64,000 nucleotides of DNA, taken from positions 7,519-71,518 of the forward strand of contig CALEDH010000013.1 in NCBI GenBank assembly GCA_937949785.1. Reading direction: 5' to 3'. Of this stretch, positions 36,146 to 45,400 are shown piece by piece. The first letter of the stretch is position 1, and every line of letters begins with the position of its first letter. Source of the stretch: an uncultured Sulfolobales archaeon (GTDB lineage: Archaea; Thermoproteota; Thermoprotei_A; Sulfolobales; NBVN01). The position numbers and the translations under genes are program-made. Below the pieces are notes generated by a model that saw nothing but the letters and a program-made list of their open reading frames with translations, was not told where the DNA came from and did not search any database.

Positions 36146-39085
36146 TTATCTCCTCATAAACTTCCAAATAACTACTCCCACTATAGCTACTGCGATTACA
36201 ATTAACAGTATTGTAGTGTACGGTACATTACTTCCTCCAGCTAGTATGCTTGGTGATACGGTCTGAGTTATATTAGCAGGCGTACCAACCCTTATAATCA
36301 GTTCGGTAGTCACGTTCTTCGGAGTTCTCAAATTATCTAAGTATGAGATAACCACAGGTAACCGAATTATACGTTCTGAAGTGTTCATTAACTGTAGGGT
36401 TATAGTGGCTGCCGTCGTCGAACCAACATCAATATTACCTAAGTATATGGCTCTCTCTTCGGTGAGACTCCTAATAGGCAACCCCGCTATCACAGGACTG
36501 ACAAATGTTGAATACGTAGGTATAACCCCTACGTTAATTAAGGTTAGCGATACTGAGAACGTCTGACCAACATTCACCGTGGTAGGTATGACTACGTAGT
36601 CGATGACCCTTAAATCAGCCTTCCCCCTAAGCAATAACGTGAAGACCTTATCCTCACTCCTCAAACTCCCTAAAGCCTTATCTACGTAGGTAAAACTCAT
36701 TACTAGGTTCGACGTGTAGATACTTGTTAAGGACACGTAGATAGGTAAGTGTAGCGTTATTGACTCACCCGGATTTAATTTTGGAATATAGCCATCGTTA
36801 GCACCGATAATACTTAACCCAGAACCGGTTGTAATCCTATAGCTTATACCGTCTATAACATCACTACCCCTATTACTTAACCTAACCGTAACGTTATTAA
36901 CCGTAGCTATCGATAACTCGTTAACGTTTAGAGTTATATCTAAAGCACCTACTGGAGTTCTAGGCTCTACCGACACAGCGCTAGTATATGACTCACTGTA
37001 GACTTGGTTAAGTATGTCGTAGTACGTAGCTGTAAGGGAGAGCAATGCCACAGTATACGCTGTGACGGATGAGGCCTTCAAACTAATATCTACGTACTTA
37101 CTCTCCCCAGGCCTAATATCACCGATGAAGTGTTTAGATGTGTTAACCAAGGTGAGTAACGTTCCCTGCGGATTAACCGTCAACGTTAAGTCCTTAACTA
37201 AGCTATCCCCAGAATTCCTAATTCTGACCGTTAAAGTAGTGGTACTGCCTGACAGGATATGTGAAGGGGTTAATGATATGTCCAACAAAGCCTTAATCGG
37301 AATTACCTCAACTAGGTATGTGTTGGTATCAGTCTTTAAAACACTTAAAGGATCTAAGTACTTAACGTTAATGACTAGTAAGTAGGTTCCCGGCCTATTA
37401 GCTACGGCGTACGGGATATAAGTAACGTACCTCTCATTAGCTTCTAACCTACCTACCAGAACGTCCTTACTAGTGTTTAACATTAGGGGTAGTCCCTCAC
37501 CAGCTATTGAGATCTGAACGTTCCTCACATCTTCAGTGCTTATTAGTGTAAGCTTCAGCAACCCTGTTGATAACGCGTTAAATCTCCTAGGCTCTATATC
37601 CAACATTAGCACCTTACGTAACTCCTGCGGCTTAATGACTGCGGTAAAGTCATATACGTTGCTAAAGTAGTTACCTAAGTCATCAACGTAATTCACCTGA
37701 AAACCTACCCTAACGTAGGTAGCTGAGTCTACATGCGGTGTTTTAACTAAGAATTCCACACATACCGCACTACTTGGTGGGAGTACTTCCACCCTTAACT
37801 GCGGTGATGTAAGTAGTATAAAGTTTTGAGGGAATACTGACTGAACACTTATGTTTCTCAGGTTAATACTACCAACATTACTTAAGTTAAGCCTTAACCT
37901 TGTTTCCACACCGCCAGGCAGTTCTCTATCTATTAGGTCAACACTGATCAATGACTCGCGAAGAGCTCTTAAAACCACCGGTATATTAAATGTTTTTGAA
38001 CTACTTACACCGTAATCATCGCTGTAGTCCACTGTTACCGTCAGCATTGAGAGAGTATTTGATGAAGTTTGAAGCGAGCATAGCCCTACTGGTAAGGATG
38101 TGCTCGCCCCAGACCCTAAAGAATTAACTACGTATAGTGAGGTACTACATACTTGAAGTGGTTGCTGTGCAGATAACCTAATTACTAGATCCCTAGCTAT
38201 GCCGCCGTAGTTGCTTAACTTCAGATTAGCAATTAGTTGCGAACCACTTAAAATCTCATTCGAATCTAGGAAAACGTTTAAGATAGGCTTATCGTAACGG
38301 TTTACGTAGATAGTACTCTTAAACGTGGATGAGTATTGAGTGCCTGAAGGGCCGTAGTAGGTTAAAGAAGACGTTAACGTTACTGTAGAGTTCGTCAGCG
38401 ATGGAGGTATAAAAACTTCTATAGGTATGGCCACCACGTCCTTAGGTGCTAAACTATCTAATCTAACCTCAGAGGTGTTAGAATATATTGATGGTTGAAC
38501 AGACACCTCTAATTTTACCTTATTAGCTGTAGCTGTGCCATCATTAGCTAGGCCTAAGACTATTAACTGCTGCCCAGGGTAGGTTGAGGTATTATAGTTA
38601 TGTAGACTTATATTAGGTCTACCATATAAAGGTATCACTACGTAGACCTCATCACTGTAAGTCCTACTGTAGTAAAGAGCTTCGACAATATACTCTAAAA
38701 CCATTTTAGCGGTATAGCGGCCTAAAGCTATATTATCTCCAACCTTAACTTTAAACTGAAACTCTAAGACCGTACCGGCAGGTATTGAAGTACTCCCATA
38801 CCTAAGATATGCTGTGATTGATGGCTCACCGTTAACAGATGTAAACCCTCTAGGGAGTTCTAAGCGGGCTACTATAGTTTGAGACGATATTGAGTTCTTA
38901 ATTCTTAAGATTACCGTCAACGTACCTATATCGCCTGGACCAACTTCAGTAGGAGCTGAATACGAACCCCACATAACTGAGAGTACTTCAAACATGTTAG
39001 TCTGAGCTTGTATGCCGGTAAATTGGACTAACTGAAGTATGAGTAGGATAATTAGCAGAGGTATGATTAACTTAGTCTTCCTCAT
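36146..39085 (-). CDS. 979-aa membrane-anchored surface protein with at least 6 CARDB/COG1361-like beta-sandwich repeats
   Basis: Signal-like N-terminus (LIIPLLIILLILQLVQFTGIQAQ), C-terminal TM plus KFMRR. Recurrent xxLxNxGxxxxxxV motifs (LANDGTATANKV, LSNYGGIARDL, LSNVGSINLRNI, IRNSGDSLVKDL, LSNRGSDVIDGI, LINVGVIPTYS). Many N-x-S/T sequons. Confidence 0.7.
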   Translation of the reverse strand: MRKTKLIIPLLIILLILQLVQFTGIQAQTNMFEVLSVMWGSYSAPTEVGPGDIGTLTVILRIKNSISSQTIVARLELPRGFTSVNGEPSITAYLRYGSTSIPAGTVLEFQFKVKVGDNIALGRYTAKMVLEYIVEALYYSRTYSDEVYVVIPLYGRPNISLHNYNTSTYPGQQLIVLGLANDGTATANKVKLEVSVQPSIYSNTSEVRLDSLAPKDVVAIPIEVFIPPSLTNSTVTLTSSLTYYGPSGTQYSSTFKSTIYVNRYDKPILNVFLDSNEILSGSQLIANLKLSNYGGIARDLVIRLSAQQPLQVCSTSLYVVNSLGSGASTSLPVGLCSLQTSSNTLSMLTVTVDYSDDYGVSSSKTFNIPVVLRALRESLISVDLIDRELPGGVETRLRLNLSNVGSINLRNISVQSVFPQNFILLTSPQLRVEVLPPSSAVCVEFLVKTPHVDSATYVRVGFQVNYVDDLGNYFSNVYDFTAVIKPQELRKVLMLDIEPRRFNALSTGLLKLTLISTEDVRNVQISIAGEGLPLMLNTSKDVLVGRLEANERYVTYIPYAVANRPGTYLLVINVKYLDPLSVLKTDTNTYLVEVIPIKALLDISLTPSHILSGSTTTLTVRIRNSGDSLVKDLTLTVNPQGTLLTLVNTSKHFIGDIRPGESKYVDISLKASSVTAYTVALLSLTATYYDILNQVYSESYTSAVSVEPRTPVGALDITLNVNELSIATVNNVTVRLSNRGSDVIDGISYRITTGSGLSIIGANDGYIPKLNPGESITLHLPIYVSLTSIYTSNLVMSFTYVDKALGSLRSEDKVFTLLLRGKADLRVIDYVVIPTTVNVGQTFSVSLTLINVGVIPTYSTFVSPVIAGLPIRSLTEERAIYLGNIDVGSTTAATITLQLMNTSERIIRLPVVISYLDNLRTPKNVTTELIIRVGTPANITQTVSPSILAGGSNVPYTTILLIVIAVAIVGVVIWKFMRR

Positions 39086-39774
39086 CTACTACCTACCTCA
39101 ACAACATTTCCATCTCTCATCTTAATAACTACGTCAGCGTATTTAATTAACTCGATGTTATGGGTGACCATGAGCACAGTTTTACCATGTTCGCTCACTA
39201 ATTTCCTGAAGACATCAACGACTATCTGAGCGTTTTTAGAGTCTAAATTACCCGTAGGTTCGTCAGCTAATATTAAGTCAGGACTGTTTATTAAGGCCCT
39301 AGCTATTGCAACTCTCTGCTGCTCACCGCCACTGAGCTCTAAAGGCCTCTTATACTCCATCCCTTTAATCCCCAATAATTCTAACATCTTAGAAACTAAC
39401 TCCCTCCGTTCTTTGCTGGGTACGCCCTTAATAACTAATGGTAATTCTACGTTTTCAAATACCGTCAGATAGTTAAGTAGGTTATAACTCTGAAACACGA
39501 ACCCCATATGATAATTCCTATAGTCAGCTAGCTTCTTACCATTAAGCTTACCCACATCTACGTTATTAATAAGTACAGAACCTCTAGTAGGTTTGTCAAG
39601 ACAGCCTATAATATTTAGAAGTGTTGACTTACCACTACCTGAAGGCCCTACAACGGCTGTGAACGTATTACGCTTAATATTTAAATTAACACCTCTTAGA
39701 GCATACCACTCAACCTTACCGGTCCTATATACTTTCCAAACATCCTTAAGTACTACATGATCCTCGTCCACCAA
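39082..39774 (-). CDS. ABC transporter ATP-binding protein (MacB/LolD-like)
   Basis: Walker A GPSGSGKST, signature LSGGEQQRVAIARAL, Walker B LILADEPTGNLD; 4-nt overlap with the downstream gene. Confidence 0.9.
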   Translation of the reverse strand: MVDEDHVVLKDVWKVYRTGKVEWYALRGVNLNIKRNTFTAVVGPSGSGKSTLLNIIGCLDKPTRGSVLINNVDVGKLNGKKLADYRNYHMGFVFQSYNLLNYLTVFENVELPLVIKGVPSKERRELVSKMLELLGIKGMEYKRPLELSGGEQQRVAIARALINSPDLILADEPTGNLDSKNAQIVVDVFRKLVSEHGKTVLMVTHNIELIKYADVVIKMRDGNVVEVGSR

Positions 39775-39818
39775 ATGATCACCTACCTTTAAATACGCTA
39801 TGTTGGATTAATAATTTT

Positions 39819-39828
39819 AAAAAAAAAA
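39819..39828 (-). terminator. T10 tract immediately after the stop of the 167-aa gene (archaeal oligo-T terminator)
   Basis: A10 on the plus strand at 39819-39828, 6 nt downstream (minus sense) of the stop at 39834-39836. It is followed by the TATA-like TATTTAAAGG before the ABC ATPase start. Confidence 0.5.
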
Positions 39829-39833
39829 TAAAT

Positions 39834-40337
39834 TTACTTAGCTAACCAACATCCCCATATCTTTACTACTTTACCCTCACCGTAGTTGATGAGTACGTGG
39901 ACTACGCCTTCACCTTCCTTATAAAGGCTTACCCAGACTTCAGCAACCTTTAACGCTGCACTACCATCTCCTTGAACTGCTATTTTAATTATAGGTCTGA
40001 TTGCCGAGATATCATATCCTTCATCTAGTAAACGACTAACATTTCTATCTGATCTCAATATGCTTAGTACTTTATCCTTAAACTCGCTACTTAATTCGAA
40101 GATACCGTATCTAATGCCCAGCCCAAACTGCTTACCGGGTGGGAACATGTGTTGATTTCTAAACATTTTCTGAAGGCCTACTCCTACCAAGTTACTATTA
40201 TCACATAGCGTTGCCGGTAGACCTAAGCCGTTAGTATTAGGTTTAGCGTAGGATATTACTGCCGTAGTGCTTAGCATTATTACTGTCAGTGAAATTAATG
40301 CAATTACTACAGATGTTTTAAGTAGTGTTTTACTCAC
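39834..40337 (-). CDS. Small N-terminally anchored/secreted hypothetical protein
   Basis: 167 aa; N-terminal hydrophobic span VVIALISLTVIMLSTTAVI; no family recognised; directly upstream of the ABC operon. Confidence 0.45.
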   Translation of the reverse strand: MSKTLLKTSVVIALISLTVIMLSTTAVISYAKPNTNGLGLPATLCDNSNLVGVGLQKMFRNQHMFPPGKQFGLGIRYGIFELSSEFKDKVLSILRSDRNVSRLLDEGYDISAIRPIIKIAVQGDGSAALKVAEVWVSLYKEGEGVVHVLINYGEGKVVKIWGCWLAK

Positions 40338-40463
40338 CTTCTCACCCCCAACTAATCCCTTTAATGAGGTTCTATAATAGGTACTAGGCAGAACTGCTCA
40401 AGGAACTGCTAGTTAATTCCTAAGGAACTAGTTTTAAAGTGCTGTTAAGCCTACATATTCCCG

Positions 40464-40940
40464 GTGGTTGAGTTGATAATCCCACCTCAGCACTTAATGA
40501 ATCTCGGCTATGATTTTAAGTCGTTAGATTGTAGCGGTATTAAACTCACATTAGATGAGGTATTAATACCTACATCAGGAGGTATTATAGATATTGATGG
40601 GAAGTACATACCTAATTATCAGAGATTAGAATGTGATAAAGACGGCTTCTACGAATTATTAAAGGGCTACTACGTAATTAGATATAACGAGTATGTGAGG
40701 GTGCCTGAGGACTCCATAGCTTTAGCCATACCTAGGTCATCGATAGTAAGGTCTGGTGCTTCAATATTTACAGCTGTCTGGGACCCAGGGTATGAGGGTA
40801 GGGGGTACGGATTGCTAACTATCTACAACGACTTCGGGATTAAAATAAGGAAAAACGCGCAGATCGCTCAGCTAGTTTTTATTAAGATGTCTGAGAGGAG
40901 TGTGAAGCCCTATAGGGGTTCATATTTCGGTGAGAGGTAG
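40464..40940 (+). CDS. dUTPase / dCTP deaminase-family trimeric enzyme
   Basis: PRSSIVRSG, WDPGYEGRG, AQLVF motifs; 158 aa. Confidence 0.7.
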   Translation: MVELIIPPQHLMNLGYDFKSLDCSGIKLTLDEVLIPTSGGIIDIDGKYIPNYQRLECDKDGFYELLKGYYVIRYNEYVRVPEDSIALAIPRSSIVRSGASIFTAVWDPGYEGRGYGLLTIYNDFGIKIRKNAQIAQLVFIKMSERSVKPYRGSYFGER

Positions 40941-40943
40941 TAA

Positions 40944-41564
40944 TTATTGAGGCTTCCCTGATTTATTAACCTCACCTAAGATTTCAAGCAATTTCTTAAC
41001 TAACTCAGCGATGTCTACTTCCTCTTCAGTCTTAGGTAGTTCTACTTTCTCCCCTTTCATGAACTTCTCAACCCTAGAGCTAAATCCTTCAACCACCCTA
41101 ACTAGTTCAGAAGTATTTAACCTACCTTCGTATTTCTCTTTATACACTATCTTACCATCCTTCGAGTACATCAAGTAGGTTGTAGGTGATGCATGTATCT
41201 CATATTCCTTAAATGATTTGCCAGCAGCCTCAGATGAACACCTCCTCGCAAACCATTCGCAAAGTACTACTAAGAAGTAATGTCCTTCTAATTTCTTAGC
41301 GTTATTACGGATGTATGGGAACCAACTACCGTCGAATGTCCTGCATGCATGGCATTTAGCGTTGTCGAAGTAAATTACGTAGTAACCGTCTACAACCGGT
41401 TTAAATGCATCACCATCGGTCAGTACTAACACCCACTCATCCACATCCCTATCATATACGTAGATGCCTTGAGGGGACTCACTCGTAACTTCCTTCAACC
41501 TACTTAACTTAACTACATCTACTTCACGTCTAAGTAGGCTCTTAATCACTAACTCATCGTCCAT
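40944..41564 (-). CDS. Thioredoxin-fold-like protein with CxxC (CHAC)
   Basis: FDNAKCHACRTFDGSWFP resembles a Trx-like active site; 206 aa; otherwise unassigned. Confidence 0.4.
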   Translation of the reverse strand: MDDELVIKSLLRREVDVVKLSRLKEVTSESPQGIYVYDRDVDEWVLVLTDGDAFKPVVDGYYVIYFDNAKCHACRTFDGSWFPYIRNNAKKLEGHYFLVVLCEWFARRCSSEAAGKSFKEYEIHASPTTYLMYSKDGKIVYKEKYEGRLNTSELVRVVEGFSSRVEKFMKGEKVELPKTEEEVDIAELVKKLLEILGEVNKSGKPQ

Positions 41565-41603
41565 CTTAAACCCTCAAAACTCTACAATACCTTACCTAAA
41601 TAG

Positions 41604-42239
41604 TTATTCTTCCCCACACAGCACGTCTAAATAAAGGTGCTTCGCTATATTCAATGACCTACGATCTAACTCGTCAACATTAACACCTGTAAGCCTACTA
41701 AACTCGTTAATTATGGTGTTTATGTTAAACGATGTGGAGTCACATCCGTAATGCTTGTAAATTATTGAGTATATGACTTCGTGAATGGTCCAAGGGTATA
41801 TCACCCATAACCACTCTTCTAACCTACTTACGTAATAATTAGGTATGTACTTAGATGAAGGCTTAATATGAAGTACTGCGGTCTTTAAATCCTCAGGTCC
41901 GAAGGTCTTAACATATTCTACAATTCTAGTTAGCGTTAAACCGCTATCAACTATATCATCAACGACTAATACCTTCTTACCCCTAATAGGTAATTCCACG
42001 TTATAAAGTAGGACGTCATCTGATATCCTACCACCAACTCCCCACAGACTAGCCTTAATGCTGTGAACATCGCTAACATTTATAACGTCGCTAATGATTC
42101 GAGCAGGGATTAAACCGCCTCTAGAAATAGCTACTATTGTATCAGGTACGTAGTTACTCTCTAAGATCTTAGAGGTCAACTTATATGACATATTTATAGC
42201 TTCACCCCATGAGATATAGACATACCTAATGCTAACCAC
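41604..42239 (-). CDS. Purine phosphoribosyltransferase paralog
   Basis: VLVVDDIVDSGLTL PRPP loop; same architecture and C-terminal extension as 11218..11829. Confidence 0.7.
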   Translation of the reverse strand: MVSIRYVYISWGEAINMSYKLTSKILESNYVPDTIVAISRGGLIPARIISDVINVSDVHSIKASLWGVGGRISDDVLLYNVELPIRGKKVLVVDDIVDSGLTLTRIVEYVKTFGPEDLKTAVLHIKPSSKYIPNYYVSRLEEWLWVIYPWTIHEVIYSIIYKHYGCDSTSFNINTIINEFSRLTGVNVDELDRRSLNIAKHLYLDVLCGEE

Positions 42240-42329
42240 CTTACTATAAGACCTCTATCAATGGAAATTAAAAGCGATTATCACATCAATTCCAGCTGAA
42301 TAATTAACTATTATAGATAATCATTAGGC

Positions 42330-42968
42330 TTAGATAACCCTAACTACCTCACCAATACTCCTCCTAGGCCTGGTCCTATGAGGTTCTGACGGATATCCCA
42401 AAGCAATAATCGATTGGAGCTCACATCCTTCTGGGGGGTTGAGTAGTTTATTAAACTCATCTTGAATTAGGAGTGGGACACCCAACCATACAGCACCTAC
42501 TCCTAACGCATGCGCGGCTAGTATTATGTTCTCAATTGCCGCAGCCACGCTCTGCGTAATGAAGACCATCTCTATATGTGCTAATTCCTCCTTATGCGTC
42601 CTACGTCTAAGGTCTGCGTATGCAGCTATATAAATCGGTGCGTAGTACATCCCCTCACTTATCCTCCTTAACCACTTATCTACTTTATCATATGGTATCG
42701 GGTTCTTAAGTGCTGAAATTCCGTAGACCCTATGCGCTTCTAATAATAGCTTATGTATCTTTACCCTCAATTCGTAGTTCTTAACCACTATGAAGAACCA
42801 CGGCTCGGAACCCCCAGCATTTGGAGCTCTTAAACCGCATTCTAAAATCTTATTTACCACTTCATCTGGGATCGTATCCTGCTTAAACCACCTTATACTA
42901 CTCCTACTTAAAATTACGTTAAGAAATTCTTCAACTCCTACCAACATATCCCCGATAACATAACTCAA
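42330..42968 (-). CDS. Nitroreductase-family flavoprotein
   Basis: RSSIRWFK, APNAGGSEPW, AIENIILAAHALGVGAVWLG. Confidence 0.75.
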   Translation of the reverse strand: MSYVIGDMLVGVEEFLNVILSRSSIRWFKQDTIPDEVVNKILECGLRAPNAGGSEPWFFIVVKNYELRVKIHKLLLEAHRVYGISALKNPIPYDKVDKWLRRISEGMYYAPIYIAAYADLRRRTHKEELAHIEMVFITQSVAAAIENIILAAHALGVGAVWLGVPLLIQDEFNKLLNPPEGCELQSIIALGYPSEPHRTRPRRSIGEVVRVI

Positions 42969-43057
42969 ATCTAATCTTTAAAACGAGTAATGGATATGAA
43001 TTCGTTAAACCCGATAACTATTTAAACCTAACTTAACTATTAAGTGATGTGTGAGAA

Positions 43058-44287
43058 TTGCTAATCCCTACCATGAAAACTAAGGCAGTGCTCGACCAGT
43101 TAGGCGGTGAAGCTGCTTTTACATACCTAGCTAGGGCTAAGGAGCTAGCAAGTAGGGGTGTTAAGATATTTAACTTCGGGATAGGTCAGCCGGACATACC
43201 TACCTTCAACCACATAATTGATGCTGCTAAGGAAGCCTTAGATTCTAGATTTACCGGGTATACGGAGACAGTTGGCATTTATGAGTTGAGAGAAGCATTA
43301 AGTACACATCTAAACAGTAGGTACGGTTGCGATGTAAAGCCTTCTGAAATTGTGGTAACTCCTGGAGCTAAATGCGCTTTATTCTTATCAATAGCTGCCT
43401 ACTTAAGAGAGGGTGATGAGATCATCGTCCCAGAGCCTTCCTTCCCGGCATACCCGGAGATCGCGAAGTTTTTAGGTGCTAAACCTGTCTACGTACCCCT
43501 TAAATGGTTAGGAAGGGAGTGCGGGTTTAAACTCGATATAGATGCTATAGAGAGATCCATTAGCTCTAAGACTAAGATGATTGTTATTAACAACCCCCAC
43601 AATCCTACAGGAGCTTTATTCAGCAGCAGCGAGGTTGAGCAGATTATAGAGATAGCTAGGAAGAAGAACGTCATGATACTGTCAGATGAGATATACGATC
43701 ACTTCGTATATGATGATGCCGGATTTAAGTCGTTTCTCTCATTCCCCGATTGGCGTGACTATATAGTCTACGTAAACGGCTTCTCGAAGACCTATTCAAT
43801 GACTGGGTGGAGATTAGGTTACATCGTTGCTAGGAGAGAGGTAATACCTAAGCTAAGCGTCCTAGCTGTAAATGTGTATAGCTGCGCTACGAGCTTCGTA
43901 CAGAAAGCTGCTATATCTGCGCTTCAGAAATCTGAAAACGACATTAAGAAAATGATAGAAATCTTTAAGAAGAGAAGGGACTTAATGTGCAGTAAGCTCA
44001 GCAACATCAACGGCTTAGAAGTATGGGCTAGTAAGGGAGCTTTCTACGTATTCCCAAACATAAGTAGGATACTTAAAGAATGTAGAGTAGACGTTGAGAA
44101 ATTCGTGAATCACCTACTAATGAATTATGGAGTAGTAGTTCTCCCAGGCACAGCATTTCCAGACAAATTCGGTAAAGACTTCCTAAGGCTAAGCTTTGCA
44201 ACCGACTTAACAACCATTGATGAAGGTATTAATAAGATGGGCGAATGCGTAAACAACTTAATGAGCGGTAAAGATATAATAAGTTGA
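43058..44287 (+). CDS. Class I/II pyridoxal-phosphate aminotransferase (aspartate aminotransferase-like)
   Basis: GQPD, NPHNPTG, SDEIYD, NGFSKTYSMTGWRLGY (PLP Lys). Confidence 0.85.
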   Translation: MLIPTMKTKAVLDQLGGEAAFTYLARAKELASRGVKIFNFGIGQPDIPTFNHIIDAAKEALDSRFTGYTETVGIYELREALSTHLNSRYGCDVKPSEIVVTPGAKCALFLSIAAYLREGDEIIVPEPSFPAYPEIAKFLGAKPVYVPLKWLGRECGFKLDIDAIERSISSKTKMIVINNPHNPTGALFSSSEVEQIIEIARKKNVMILSDEIYDHFVYDDAGFKSFLSFPDWRDYIVYVNGFSKTYSMTGWRLGYIVARREVIPKLSVLAVNVYSCATSFVQKAAISALQKSENDIKKMIEIFKKRRDLMCSKLSNINGLEVWASKGAFYVFPNISRILKECRVDVEKFVNHLLMNYGVVVLPGTAFPDKFGKDFLRLSFATDLTTIDEGINKMGECVNNLMSGKDIIS

Positions 44288-44302
44288 GTTATAGGACATT
44301 AA

Positions 44303-44354
44303 GGGATGAGGAAATCTACCGCTGACGAACGGTGAGTCCAGAATCCCCAACTGA
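44303..44354 (+). ncRNA. Candidate C/D box sRNA (2'-O-methylation guide)
   Basis: GgGAUGA (C, one mismatch at the bulged U) - 12 nt - CUGA (D') - 6 nt - GUGAguc (degenerate C') - 12 nt - CUGA (D). 52 nt long, in a 122-bp convergent spacer. A short terminal stem is possible (44298-44302 with 44555-44560 equivalent flanks: AUUAA / U(C)UAAU at 44355-44360). Confidence 0.35.
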
Positions 44355-44409
44355 TCTAATACCTCCTAACATCGAAGCGTAAGCATCCTACTTTAAAGTT
44401 ACCGCGAAC

Positions 44410-44586
44410 CTACCTAATCGCTAATTTCTTAACCTTAACTGATTTATCATTAACCTCGTAAGACCTAATTAAGCGAAGGATGGCTAATCTGATGACCTCA
44501 GACCTACTCATTTTATGTTTTAAGGCATATCTATCTAGGACCTCAACAATTTCATCCGATAACTTAAATGTAATAACCCTCATCAT
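44410..44586 (-). CDS. Ribbon-helix-helix (CopG/Arc/MetJ-like) small DNA-binding protein, 58 aa
   Basis: Hand-translated: MMRVITFKLSDEIVEVLDRYALKHKMSRSEVIRLAILRLIRSYEVNDKSVKVKKLAIR, a beta-strand then helix-helix pattern with the SRSEVIR motif. Below the 60-aa cutoff of the ORF track. Confidence 0.55.
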   Translation of the reverse strand: MMRVITFKLSDEIVEVLDRYALKHKMSRSEVIRLAILRLIRSYEVNDKSVKVKKLAIR

Positions 44587-44635
44587 AACACCGATCCCTC
44601 TTTAACCTAGGGTTTATATATAGGATTAAGTAGTA

Positions 44636-45232
44636 GTGGTATCCGGAGAGTTCAGTGAAAATAATCTAAATCATAAGCAGTTAGTTAGGTGTGTGCATAT
44701 GGAGTTTAAGATTAAAGTTATAGAAAATGGAGGACTTGCAATCAACCTCACACTCCTATACTTACTTCTTAAAAGAGGTGCTCTCTTAAGAGGTCCTTAC
44801 CTATACGTAAATACTGAGCTAACCAGCATTGATGAGCTTATTAACGTAATACTTAACCATAAAGACGTTGATGTACCGACCATTAATTTCTGTCCATCAG
44901 ATGAACCAACAATGATTTACGAGGTCGATAGCTTATTAGCGAGGCTGTGTTCTGAGGTATATAAATATTTCGACGATAGGTGTGCTGCTTGCGTTGTAAA
45001 GGTTTACTCAATATTATTTGAGAGCTGGTTGTTTGATGAAGTTTCACTAATAAGGCTTTTTGAGGCCATTATCAGATACGGCTTACCTACAGAATTTAGC
45101 AACGGTAGCTTAGTAATAACTACATGCCCAGCTAACTATGAAGACGTTAGTAGATTAGCTCATGGAACGTATGTGGAGGGTATTGATTTACTCAAACGTT
45201 TTGCTAATGACTTCTTAAGCTCTAGTTTATAG
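44636..45232 (+). CDS. Hypothetical protein (orphan by eye); the real start is possibly ATG 44699
   Basis: 198-aa ORF, divergent from the RHH gene, ends 6 nt before tRNA-Pro; no motif recognised. Confidence 0.4.
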   Translation: MVSGEFSENNLNHKQLVRCVHMEFKIKVIENGGLAINLTLLYLLLKRGALLRGPYLYVNTELTSIDELINVILNHKDVDVPTINFCPSDEPTMIYEVDSLLARLCSEVYKYFDDRCAACVVKVYSILFESWLFDEVSLIRLFEAIIRYGLPTEFSNGSLVITTCPANYEDVSRLAHGTYVEGIDLLKRFANDFLSSSL

Positions 45233-45237
45233 GTTGA

Positions 45238-45314
45238 TGGTGGGGCCGCGGGGATTTGAACCCCGGACCACAGGGGCCCAAGCCCTGCATTCTACCAAGC
45301 TAAACTACGGCCCC
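45238..45314 (-). tRNA. tRNA-Pro (anticodon UGG), intron-less, CCA encoded
   Basis: Manual fold of the minus strand: acceptor GGGGCCG/CGGCCCC, anticodon stem CAGGG/CCCTG, loop CUUGGGC (UGG, G37), T-arm CGGGG-TTCAAAT-CCCCG, discriminator A, CCA at 45240-45238. Confidence 0.9.
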
Positions 45315-45400
45315 CAACCAACTCTTATTATCAATTTAAGTTTTTAATTTTAATTACCTACTATTTTTTAAGGTTTACAGCATCAATCTACATAGGAGCT

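Noticed and set aside
45238-45400. tRNA-Pro as the attachment site of an integrated element
   Set aside because: There is no integrase or partitioned int fragment, and I found no second copy of the tRNA 3' half in the window. The genes on both sides (RavA-like, aminotransferase) look chromosomal.
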